Source: a virus
Virus record (IMG/VR): IMGVR_UViG_3300044995_000110
Coordinates: 1-59,104 of that record
DNA: 59,104 bases
Direction: 5' to 3' (one strand)
Shown here: one piece after another, positions 1 to 7,494 of the stretch
How the letters are laid out: the number at the start of each line of letters is the position of its first letter
Position numbering within the stretch: position 1 is the first letter of the stretch
Program-made: the position numbers and the translations under genes
The notes under the pieces: generated by a model
Told to the model about the DNA's origin: nothing
The model's input: the letters and a program-made list of their open reading frames with translations, nothing else
Databases searched by the model: none

Positions 1-70
1 AAGCCGAGTTTGTCTGCCAGGCTTGCGGAACAACCCTCAACGCCGATCACAACGGCGCAATTATCATTGC
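1..70. repeat. Terminal direct repeat, copy 1 (identical to 59035..59104); end overlap of a circular or terminally redundant genome
   Basis: Bases 1-70 match 59035-59104 base for base. The repeat lies inside the tnpB reading frame, which continues in phase across the junction. Confidence 0.95.
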
Positions 71-176
71 CCAAAGAGGCTACAAAATTTTGTCTGCCGG
101 GAACCGACAGACTGCGCTCGTGGAGCGACCAAAGGTTGCTATGAAGCGAGAAGCTCCCTGCGTAAGCAGGGGGTAG
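1..176 (+). CDS. tnpB: TnpB, C-terminal end (continuation of 57921..59104; in-phase codons from base 3; TAG at 174-176)
   Basis: Translation is AEFVCQACGTTLNADHNGAIIIAQRGYKIL...CVSRG*. It contains the second CxxC of the zinc finger and the RuvC-III DxxxNxA motif (NADHNGAIII). The phase matches the ORF that runs off the window end. Confidence 0.85.
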   Translation, partial: AEFVCQACGTTLNADHNGAIIIAQRGYKILSAGNRQTALVERPKVAMKREAPCVSRG

Positions 177-236
177 TTCACCGCCAAGCACTGGTCTGGC
201 CCTTGCGGTTGCCCTAAAAGCGAGAAGGTGGGCCCC
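110..236 (+). ncRNA. Candidate omega-RNA (reRNA) scaffold overlapping the tnpB 3' end
   Basis: There are three stems: cgctc-gtg-gagcg at about 113-125; an 8-bp stem with a GTAA loop at 154-173 ending at the stop codon; and a bulged 7-bp stem at 181-188/202-208. A 10-nt direct repeat AAGCGAGAAG sits at 144-153 and 218-227. The position fits established TnpB biology. Confidence 0.3.
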
Positions 237-476
237 CCCACACAAAAGCCATTGGCCTTGATCAAGTGGTGCCTCGGCTTTGTCCAACAAGCCAAGTCTA
301 TCATTGATCCGTTTATGGGCACGGGGACCACCCTAGTTGCGTGCCAGTCAATGGGCCTTACCGGCACTGGGATTGAGCGCGATCCGGATTACTTTGACAT
401 GGCTTGCCGCCGCGTTGAGGAAGCATCTAGGCAATCCGAATTTTTGGACGTGCTAAGACAAAATCCTGACGCCTAG
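228..476 (+). pseudogene. C-terminal remnant of an N6/N4 DNA methyltransferase; the DPPY half is missing
   Basis: GPPTQKPLALIKWCL...IIDPFMGTGTTLVACQ...GIERDPDYFDMACRRVEEASRQSEF aligns with the C-terminal third of the intact paralogue at 26038..26682 (HPTQKPVKLYSWLL...LDTHLGSGS...EIDPDYFQAACERIARETSQSEF). No motif IV lies upstream. It starts only at a GTG directly after the tnpB element. Confidence 0.75.
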
Positions 477-673
477 TAGTCTCGGACCACCCCTGCAATC
501 GTCCGTTGGTTGGGGCCAATCACCACGCTAACAAGTTGGCTACACACAATTCCAAACAGAAGAAGTCCAATCCCCATTACGGCAAGAGCCAAGATGCGCC
601 CTGTGACTATGGCCAGCAGCCAAAAGGCAATGCGCAAAGTCCTCATGCCCAACACATTAACACCAAATATCAT
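473..673 (-). CDS. Small hydrophobic protein (hypothetical)
   Basis: This is a 66-aa ORF with a long hydrophobic stretch (IAFWLLAIVTGRILALAVMGIGLLLFGIV). There is no clear SD. Confidence 0.35.
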   Translation of the reverse strand: MIFGVNVLGMRTLRIAFWLLAIVTGRILALAVMGIGLLLFGIVCSQLVSVVIGPNQRTIAGVVRDY

Positions 674-700
674 CTTTGCAAAAGATTTTTTAAATTCGTG

Positions 701-729
701 TTGACATTTAATAACATTTCAACTATATT
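701..729 (+). promoter_or_regulatory. Sigma70-type promoter (TTGACA-17-TATATT) feeding a leaderless ATG at 738
   Basis: -35 is TTGACA at 701-706, the spacer is 17 nt, and -10 is TATATT at 724-729. The ATG lies 8 nt after the -10, with an A/T-rich tract upstream. Confidence 0.65.
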
Positions 730-737
730 GGTGCCCT

Positions 738-938
738 ATGAAAAACCCAAAACAAGACGACCCATTCGTCACCAGCACATTCTCCATTAGGGTAAGCCTA
801 CTGGAGGCACTCCAAGACGCATCTGAAGCTGAGGACATGCCAAGGAGCCAGCTAATCTGCCGAGCCATCAAAGAATGGCTGACTCGTCGCAACTTGGCAA
901 CAAGCAAAAAATCCAAGGCAAAAATTGCCGTTTCTTGA
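738..938 (+). CDS. Ribbon-helix-helix (CopG/Arc-like) DNA-binding protein
   Basis: TFSIRVSLLEALQDASEAEDMPRSQLICRAIKEWL fits the strand-helix-helix RHH pattern. It is the first gene behind a strong promoter. Confidence 0.7.
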   Translation: MKNPKQDDPFVTSTFSIRVSLLEALQDASEAEDMPRSQLICRAIKEWLTRRNLATSKKSKAKIAVS

Positions 939-942
939 TTAT

Positions 943-1143
943 ATGCCCAAGCAATCCAAACTTCGCATCAAAGCCGACCCAAGGTATGTAAGCCCAGCGG
1001 CCAGGGCGCACAAGCGCCTATTCAAAGGCATCGCTGGTGGCATGAATTGGGCCAAGCTCAATCAAGTCCAGGCCAAGCAGTTGGCCGAATTGGCCGAAGC
1101 CCGGATGAGGCCGGACGGCACCAAAAAGGAGCCTGGCTTATGA
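943..1143 (+). CDS. Hypothetical protein
   Basis: An ATG at 943 lies in frame within ORF 925..1143, just after the upstream stop at 936-938. Confidence 0.55.
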   Translation: MPKQSKLRIKADPRYVSPAARAHKRLFKGIAGGMNWAKLNQVQAKQLAELAEARMRPDGTKKEPGL

Positions 1144-1334
1144 AAATTCGCCCCGCCATCATCTGCCTTCAAGCAGACATTCTTCTGATGACTATTAAGC
1201 TTCTAGAGGCCGTCATTGGATTCCTCCAAGCCCTAGAGCGCAGTCTCAAGATAGCACTCATCGAAAAGCGCATGGACTACGCATCTGCATGCCATCGCGC
1301 ATTGATTTCTACGCCCAAAAACAAACGCAGTTAA
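1140..1334 (+). CDS. Hypothetical protein
   Basis: An ATGA start/stop overlap couples it to the upstream gene. An AGGAG SD lies upstream. Confidence 0.6.
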   Translation: MKIRPAIICLQADILLMTIKLLEAVIGFLQALERSLKIALIEKRMDYASACHRALISTPKNKRS

Positions 1335-1353
1335 CCATCAACCATAAACCCCA

Positions 1354-2433
1354 ATGAATACCGAAAAAACCATCAATACCGAAATTGTTGAACCCAGTGC
1401 CATTGAGGCCATTGAAAGGGCCAATACGGACATCCAGATCGCCACAGCAAAGAAGTATCCTCGTGTGCTTTCTAAAGTGAAAGCTGACATGCTCACGTTT
1501 GCTACACTTGACGAGGAGACAGCCGAATCCTGCTTCTACACGCTGCCGCGTGGGGGCAAGGAAATTCAAGGGCCGAGCGTTCGCTTGGCAGAAATTGCAG
1601 TTTGGGCTTACGGCAATCTCCGGGCCGGAGCGCGCCCAATCCACGTCCAGGCTCACGGCGACAACCCGCACGTGGTGGTGCAGGCAGTTGCCCATGACTT
1701 AGAGCGCAACACGCTTATCACCATCGAAAAACGCCGCCGTATCCTGAAAAAGCGTGGCCGTGATACAGTTGACGAGGACGACATCATGCTGGCCGTCAAT
1801 GCCTGTGCTTCCATCGCCTTCCGTGATGCTGTCTTTAAGGTGGTCCCATTAAGCCTTATCAAGCCTGTTTACGAGGCGGCACGCAAGGTTGCCATTGGGG
1901 ATGCCTCATCCTTGGCAAGCAAGCGCGCTAAAGTCATTGACCGCCTCAAAAAAATGGGGGCAACCGAAGATCGCATTCTTGCTGCAGTTGGCGCAAGAAC
2001 CATCGAAGATATTGATGGCGATAAGCTCGGCACGCTCATTGGCATAGGCACTGCACTGAAAGAGGGCGAGATTAAGCTAGAAGAAGCTTTCCCTGCGCCC
2101 GTTAAAATGGCTGAAGTTGCCACGGCCACACCGTTTAAGAAAAAGGACCAGCCAGCACCAGCGCAGCCCGAGCCGAATGCGCCAGAAGAAAAGGCAACTA
2201 GCAGTGCTAGCGGAGAGCCGCCGGCCAAAGATCAGGTGCTCATTTTTATGGCCGAAGCTGACATCAACCCAGTGGCATTTGAATCGTATCTGCGCAAGAA
2301 AGGCGTGCTCCCAAGCGTGGCTACGCTTACCAGCATGTCCACGAAAGTTGCTGAAGCCATCTTGAATGACTGGAAAAATTTGGTCAATGGCTTTTTGGCC
2401 TCACAGAATACGGGGGATAAAGCCAATGCCTGA
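1354..2433 (+). CDS. Hypothetical protein; candidate single-strand annealing/recombination protein, by position only
   Basis: This 359-aa ORF lies directly upstream of, and overlaps, the PD-(D/E)XK nuclease gene, with RusA following. I recognised no family signature with certainty. Confidence 0.5.
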   Translation: MNTEKTINTEIVEPSAIEAIERANTDIQIATAKKYPRVLSKVKADMLTFATLDEETAESCFYTLPRGGKEIQGPSVRLAEIAVWAYGNLRAGARPIHVQAHGDNPHVVVQAVAHDLERNTLITIEKRRRILKKRGRDTVDEDDIMLAVNACASIAFRDAVFKVVPLSLIKPVYEAARKVAIGDASSLASKRAKVIDRLKKMGATEDRILAAVGARTIEDIDGDKLGTLIGIGTALKEGEIKLEEAFPAPVKMAEVATATPFKKKDQPAPAQPEPNAPEEKATSSASGEPPAKDQVLIFMAEADINPVAFESYLRKKGVLPSVATLTSMSTKVAEAILNDWKNLVNGFLASQNTGDKANA

Positions 2434-3586
2434 CAACCAAAATTTGGATGAACGCCTGAATTTGCCAAGTGCCAGCGGCATAGAGCGCATAGCTTTGTGC
2501 CCTGGCTCATGGCATGCCGAAAAGAACCTGTCCCCCACAACAAGTGATGAGGCGGCTTCTGGCACACGGATTCATGCCGCTTACGAAGGTCAAGATGTTG
2601 GGCTTCGTGAAGGCGAGGATTGGGTGCTGGCCGAGCTTATTCAGCACACGGAGGAACTTTGCCAAAGGCTGGGCTTTGTTGGTGACGAGACTCGTGAAAT
2701 ACGCGAGTCTCGTCTTTGGTATGAAGCAACAGAGGGCAGGCCAATCCCAGAGCGCATCTTTTCTGGAAAGGCCGACCGAATCTATGTTTCCGGGCGCCGA
2801 GCCTTAATCATTGATGCCAAGACTGGCTACAGCGGGGCAGAGGAGGCGTCACGCAACTGGCAGTTGAGAGCACTGGCTGTTCTACTCAAGCAAAATGTGG
2901 ATGTGGACGAAGTGTATGTTGCCATCATCCAGCCAAGGGTAGAGCCTTCAGTGTCTGTTGCCTGCTATGACAGGGCTGCGCTGCAGCAGGCTGAAACCAG
3001 CATTTTGCAGGTCATTGAGAATGCCATGCGGCCAGATGCCCCGCGAATCCCAGGCTCGCCGCAGTGCGACTATTGCCGTGCTAACAGTGCTTGCCAAGCG
3101 CGTGTTTCTCATGCGCTGCTAGCAACCACCAGCTTGCCAGCTCATCCCAATGCTTTAACACCAGAGCAAATTGCACAGTGGCTTCCCAAGATTGCATTTG
3201 CCGAAAAGGTTTTTAGGGACATCAAAAAACTGGCCATTGATTCGATTGCTGTTGCGTCCGGCGTCCCCCAAAATGAGCGCGGCGAGTGGGACTGGACGGG
3301 CTTTGACTTTGATTCCCAGCCATCGGTGATTCCAGGCTACAGGCTGAAAAAGGGCGGCAAAATTAAGCATGTCGATGCCGGTATTGTATGGGCAAACATA
3401 GACCGCCTTGGCTTTCTTGAGCCAGAAGAGTTCGTGCGCTGTTGCGAAGTTTCGCAAGGGAAACTGAAGGAAATGCTCGCTCAGCGCCACGGTATTAAAG
3501 GAAAGGAACTGGCTCAAGCATTAGAAGATTGTTTGATTGGCGCCTTTACGGAAACCCAAAAGTCCCCAAGCCTGGAGGCCGAATGA
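2426..3586 (+). CDS. PD-(D/E)XK (Cas4/RecB-like, DUF2800-type) nuclease
   Basis: An N-terminal Cys context (LCPGSWH), D...IIDAKTGY (D-x-D-x-K type core) and a C-terminal Cys cluster (CDYCRANSACQ) give a Cas4-like 4-Cys arrangement. Confidence 0.7.
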   Translation: MPDNQNLDERLNLPSASGIERIALCPGSWHAEKNLSPTTSDEAASGTRIHAAYEGQDVGLREGEDWVLAELIQHTEELCQRLGFVGDETREIRESRLWYEATEGRPIPERIFSGKADRIYVSGRRALIIDAKTGYSGAEEASRNWQLRALAVLLKQNVDVDEVYVAIIQPRVEPSVSVACYDRAALQQAETSILQVIENAMRPDAPRIPGSPQCDYCRANSACQARVSHALLATTSLPAHPNALTPEQIAQWLPKIAFAEKVFRDIKKLAIDSIAVASGVPQNERGEWDWTGFDFDSQPSVIPGYRLKKGGKIKHVDAGIVWANIDRLGFLEPEEFVRCCEVSQGKLKEMLAQRHGIKGKELAQALEDCLIGAFTETQKSPSLEAE

Positions 3587-3984
3587 CACATCAATTTTGG
3601 GTAATGGCCGACCCTGTTCCGGCTCCTCGGCAAACAAGGCGAGACACCTGGAAGCCGCGCCCATGCGTTTTGCGTTACCGGACGTTCAAGGATGTCGTCC
3701 GCATGTCTTGCCCTAAGCCAATTAGCCAATGCCCCACCAGTCTTGAATGCATCTTTTTCATTCCAATGCCCAAAAGCTGGTCGGATAAGAAAAAAAAGAA
3801 AATGCTCAATACGCCCTGCCGAGTCCGCCCCGATGTTGACAACCTGCTAAAGGCAATTGCCGATGCGCTTTGGCCGGACGGAGATGGGATGATCCATGTC
3901 ATGATTGGCAAAAAGGTTTGGGCGGCCCCGGGGCAAGGCAAAGTGTATGTTTGTTTCCAAGAGGAGCCGCTTGAAGGCAAATGA
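3583..3984 (+). CDS. rusA: RusA-family Holliday junction resolvase
   Basis: The RPDVDNLLKAIADAL signature is present. The protein is about 133 aa. An ATGA overlap couples it to the upstream gene. Confidence 0.85.
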   Translation: MTHQFWVMADPVPAPRQTRRDTWKPRPCVLRYRTFKDVVRMSCPKPISQCPTSLECIFFIPMPKSWSDKKKKKMLNTPCRVRPDVDNLLKAIADALWPDGDGMIHVMIGKKVWAAPGQGKVYVCFQEEPLEGK

Positions 3985-4769
3985 AAAAGCAATACTTCGA
4001 CTTTTACCCCCAAGACTTCTTAGAGGGCACGGCGGCAATGTCAGATGAGGAGGTTGGCTGCTATATCCGACTGCTCTGCCACCAGTGGCTTTTAGGCAAG
4101 GACGGCTTGCCAGCAAGCCAAGATGAAATCATGGCCCTTATTAAGCGGCCAACCCCTATCCCTTCTGCCGTTATGGCCAAGTTTCAAAACATCAATGGCC
4201 TGCTTAAAAACCAACGAATGGAAATTGAGCGTGACAAGCAGTTGGCGTATCGCCTTTCGAGGAGAAAGGGCGCTGTGGCAAGGTGGGCCAAGAGAAATGC
4301 GCAGCAGAAAAACCAAGACAACAAGGAGGCAAAGTCCGAGCCTTTATCTCAGCCAGAGGATCACAAGCCCACCATTGAGCAATCATTATTTGACAATGGT
4401 GTTTTTGTTTTGACTTCTGAGGATGCGCCCAAGGCCAAGAGCAAGACAGCCAGGCTTAACGAGATTGCAAAAAGAATCTTGAATAAGATAAACTCATTGT
4501 GCGGCAAGTCATTCCGGCACGTCGAGTCTAATTACAAGATCATACGGAAAAGGCTGGAGGAGCCAGGAGTTACCGAGGAAAACGTGATGTGGATGCTCGA
4601 ACACAGATGGAGGTTGTGGCGCGGAACGGAAATGGAGCAGTATTTTTGCCCCCAAACGATCTTTCGTGAAAGCAAGTTTGACAATTACTTGGCCGCAGCC
4701 ATGTCGGAAGCGACTAAGCGGCCTCGAACGCAGGAAGAAGAAATTAAAATGTTGGAGTCGATGAAATGA
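3981..4769 (+). CDS. Replication protein with a DUF1376 (YdaU-like) N-domain and a conserved phage C-terminal domain
   Basis: YFDFYPQDFLEGTAAMSDEEVGCYIRLLCHQW is the DUF1376 pattern. The C-terminus reads FRHVESNYKIIRKRLEE...FCPQTIFRESKFDNYL. It sits directly upstream of dnaB. Confidence 0.75.
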   Translation: MKKQYFDFYPQDFLEGTAAMSDEEVGCYIRLLCHQWLLGKDGLPASQDEIMALIKRPTPIPSAVMAKFQNINGLLKNQRMEIERDKQLAYRLSRRKGAVARWAKRNAQQKNQDNKEAKSEPLSQPEDHKPTIEQSLFDNGVFVLTSEDAPKAKSKTARLNEIAKRILNKINSLCGKSFRHVESNYKIIRKRLEEPGVTEENVMWMLEHRWRLWRGTEMEQYFCPQTIFRESKFDNYLAAAMSEATKRPRTQEEEIKMLESMK

Positions 4770-6133
4770 CTAAGACAAGCAAGGGCACGTTTTCTCAAGT
4801 GGTCAAGCTTGACAATTTGCCTGCTGTCCACAGCGCAGAGTGCGAGCGCAATGTGCTTGCGGCAATGCTTTCCAACCCCGCAGATTGCATTGACGATGCT
4901 GCTGAAAAGCTCACCAGAGAAGATTTTTTTAACCCGTGCCACCAGGTTTTGTTTTCCGCACTTTTGGACATGCGAAACAGCGGGAAGCCCATCGACGCGA
5001 CTACTGTTTACCGCTACCTAGCAGATCGCCAACTTGCAGACGCAGCGGGTGGGGCGGCTTTCTTGGGCGAACTTTCTGCGAGCGTCATACCGACTATCAC
5101 GCTAGCAAGCCATATCGAGTCAGTCAGGAGCAAGGCCGTGCTGCGCCGCATGGTTCAGGCCTCGGCACAAAACATTGTCGATTGCTTGGAGCGGCAACAT
5201 GAGGCGGATTCCGTGGTTGTTGAGTGTGAGCAACGAATTTTGGCTGTTGGGAATCAAACCATTGGCTCCACGATTATCACGCCTGTGGAGGGGCTTAACC
5301 GCACGTTCAGGGCTATGGAAGAAGTTAACGCCGCCAATGGCAACGGACTAAGAGGCCCGTCCACGGGATTCCCTGAGATGGACAGAATGACCAAAGGATT
5401 CCGCCCCAAGGGGTATAGCGTTGTGGGGGCAAGGACCAATGTGGGCAAATCGGCAATTGGGCTTACGTTTGCTTACAATATGGTTACGGCAGGCGATCCG
5501 TGCGGGATTTTTTCCCTAGAAATGACTGTAGAGGCTATGTGGTCAAGGCTTTTGGCAATGGAAACTGATATTGATGTGGAAAAAATCGACAGCGTGAGAC
5601 TTTCTAACAGCGACTACGATAAGCTGGCTGTGGCGTCAGACAAGATGAAAGACTGGCCTTTGCCTATTGCGCAGCGCCGTGGGGCAACCTTGGCGCAGGT
5701 TACAGCTACGGCTAGGCGGATGGTGAAGCGTTTTGGGATCAAGGTGTTTATTGTTGACTACCTGCAAAAAATCCGAGTCCCCGGCGTCAAGGACAAAAGG
5801 TTGGAAGTTTCTGCCGCATCCGAAGGATTGGCCTGCTTGGCAGAGGAACTGAATATCCACGTTTTAGCCTTGGCTCAACTGAGCCGCGATGTTGAGAAAG
5901 AGGACCGCTATCCACGGCTTTCCGACCTCAAGGAATCAGGCGACATTGAGCAAGATGCCGACTTCGTAGCCTTGCTCCATCGCAAGATTCTTGATGACGA
6001 TAAGATGTCCTTATTTGGGAAGCTCAACATTGCCAAGCAGCGTAATGGGCCAACAGGAATCATTCCTGTGGTGTTCAATCACCGAACTACAAGGTTCACC
6101 CAAGACACACGCTCTGAAATACCCGACCTCTAA
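4766..6133 (+). CDS. dnaB: Replicative DNA helicase DnaB
   Basis: The N-terminus reads PAVHSAECERNVLAAMLSNP and Walker A is GARTNVGKSAIGL. VDYLQKI, LALAQLSR and NIAKQRNGPTG follow. The protein is 455 aa. Confidence 0.9.
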   Translation: MTKTSKGTFSQVVKLDNLPAVHSAECERNVLAAMLSNPADCIDDAAEKLTREDFFNPCHQVLFSALLDMRNSGKPIDATTVYRYLADRQLADAAGGAAFLGELSASVIPTITLASHIESVRSKAVLRRMVQASAQNIVDCLERQHEADSVVVECEQRILAVGNQTIGSTIITPVEGLNRTFRAMEEVNAANGNGLRGPSTGFPEMDRMTKGFRPKGYSVVGARTNVGKSAIGLTFAYNMVTAGDPCGIFSLEMTVEAMWSRLLAMETDIDVEKIDSVRLSNSDYDKLAVASDKMKDWPLPIAQRRGATLAQVTATARRMVKRFGIKVFIVDYLQKIRVPGVKDKRLEVSAASEGLACLAEELNIHVLALAQLSRDVEKEDRYPRLSDLKESGDIEQDADFVALLHRKILDDDKMSLFGKLNIAKQRNGPTGIIPVVFNHRTTRFTQDTRSEIPDL

Positions 6134-6139
6134 GAAAGT

Positions 6140-6167
6140 TTGACGCATAGCTCAATTTGTGGATACT
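6140..6167 (+). promoter_or_regulatory. Promoter (TTGACG-16-GATACT) feeding a leaderless ATG at 6175
   Basis: -35 is at 6140-6145 and -10 at 6162-6167. The ATG lies 7 nt downstream of the -10. Confidence 0.5.
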
Positions 6168-6174
6168 CTACGCT

Positions 6175-7494
6175 ATGCTTGTCAACCCCGGAAACTGCGC
6201 ACAAACGCCCTCCTGCCCTTCAAGCGGCGTAGGCCCGCCTGGGCAAACTGGCCCTCCTGGGCCGCCAGGAATCAATGGGACCAATGGGATAAATGCCGTC
6301 ACCAACACGACGGGCAACTTCAACCAGCCTTATCCTGATGTCACTATTTCTGGAACCAGAACTGCTGGCAGTGCCATCATTACTGGGCTTTCAAATACAT
6401 CTTCATTGACTGCTGGCATGGCCGTTTCTGGCCCCGGCATTCCCAACGGTGCTACTATCCTTACGATTAACTCGCCAACTCAAATAACGATGACTGTTAA
6501 TGCCACAAGCAGTGGCACAAGCCCATACCTTTTTACTAACCACATTACTGTTGCGGTCGCCTCTTCAGCTTGGGCAAGTGTGGGCATGAACGTCTTTATT
6601 GACGGCGGCGGATACTACAGGGTGGTTGCTGTTCCCAATGCCAACCAAATCATGGTCCGCAACTTGGCCGTCAGTGGGGTCAACGCGGGGATTGGCACTC
6701 TAATTTCCACTGGGCGCTTGGTCACCCCTACGGGTTATGAGGGGCCTGCGAGTGCCATAACGAGTGTTGGCTTGGCGGCTCCTTCGATATTCTCAGTGAC
6801 AGGAAGCCCCCTGACTACGGCTGGCACAATTACGATTGGCCTTGTTTCTCAGGCGCCATTGACGACCAGCGGACCTGGGATTGTGTTTGCAAGCCCCGCC
6901 ACGGGGACTGGTGGTGCGCCGACATTCCGCGCACTCGTGCCATCCGACATCCCCAATTTGGATGCTGGTAAAATAACCACAGGCATTCTCCCCATTGCCC
7001 GTGGGGGCACCAACGGGGCCACCCAACAGGCTGCTATTAACAACCTAGCTGGATTTTTGGCCAAGGGCGACCTCTTGGTAAGAGACGCCAACAATGCGGT
7101 GCGGTTCCCAGTGGGCACTAATGGCCAGGTGCTTGTTGCCAACTCCAATGCCACCGTGGGCATGAACTGGGCTGATGTGCCTTTCCGCTACAATAAGCCT
7201 AGACGCACCGTGACGGCCAGCCCGGACGTTCTTGATGATGTCGATTATTATGTTGGCGTTAATTTGACAACGGCAGGGCCAGTAACTTTGACACTCCCAG
7301 CCAATCCTGTGGATGGAATGCACATCATTATCAAGGATGAAAAACTGGACGCCGCCACTAACAACATTACCATTTTGGCAAACACGGGGCACACCCTAGA
7401 ATCTGGAGCTGGCATCAGCCCAATCAACGTCAACGGGGGGCGGCGTCACTTGGTATTCAACTCCGGCAACAACACTTGGTATAGGGTTGATTGA
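6175..7494 (+). CDS. Tail fibre protein with an N-terminal collagen-like Gly-X-Y tract
   Basis: GPPGQTGPPGPPGINGTNGINA is a collagen-like tract. ILPIARGGTNGATQQAAINNL is typical of phage fibres. ORF 6157..7494 has an in-frame ATG at 6175. Confidence 0.75.
   Translation: MLVNPGNCAQTPSCPSSGVGPPGQTGPPGPPGINGTNGINAVTNTTGNFNQPYPDVTISGTRTAGSAIITGLSNTSSLTAGMAVSGPGIPNGATILTINSPTQITMTVNATSSGTSPYLFTNHITVAVASSAWASVGMNVFIDGGGYYRVVAVPNANQIMVRNLAVSGVNAGIGTLISTGRLVTPTGYEGPASAITSVGLAAPSIFSVTGSPLTTAGTITIGLVSQAPLTTSGPGIVFASPATGTGGAPTFRALVPSDIPNLDAGKITTGILPIARGGTNGATQQAAINNLAGFLAKGDLLVRDANNAVRFPVGTNGQVLVANSNATVGMNWADVPFRYNKPRRTVTASPDVLDDVDYYVGVNLTTAGPVTLTLPANPVDGMHIIIKDEKLDAATNNITILANTGHTLESGAGISPINVNGGRRHLVFNSGNNTWYRVD

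Larger units (their letters stand above)
1..236 (+). mobile_element. Right-end portion of a tnpB-only IS200/IS605-like (IS1341-type) element; the right boundary is inferred at about 227-237
   Basis: The tnpB 3' end is followed by about 55 nt of structured sequence. Recognisable methyltransferase coding sequence (PPTQKP...) then begins at about 234. Confidence 0.5.
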
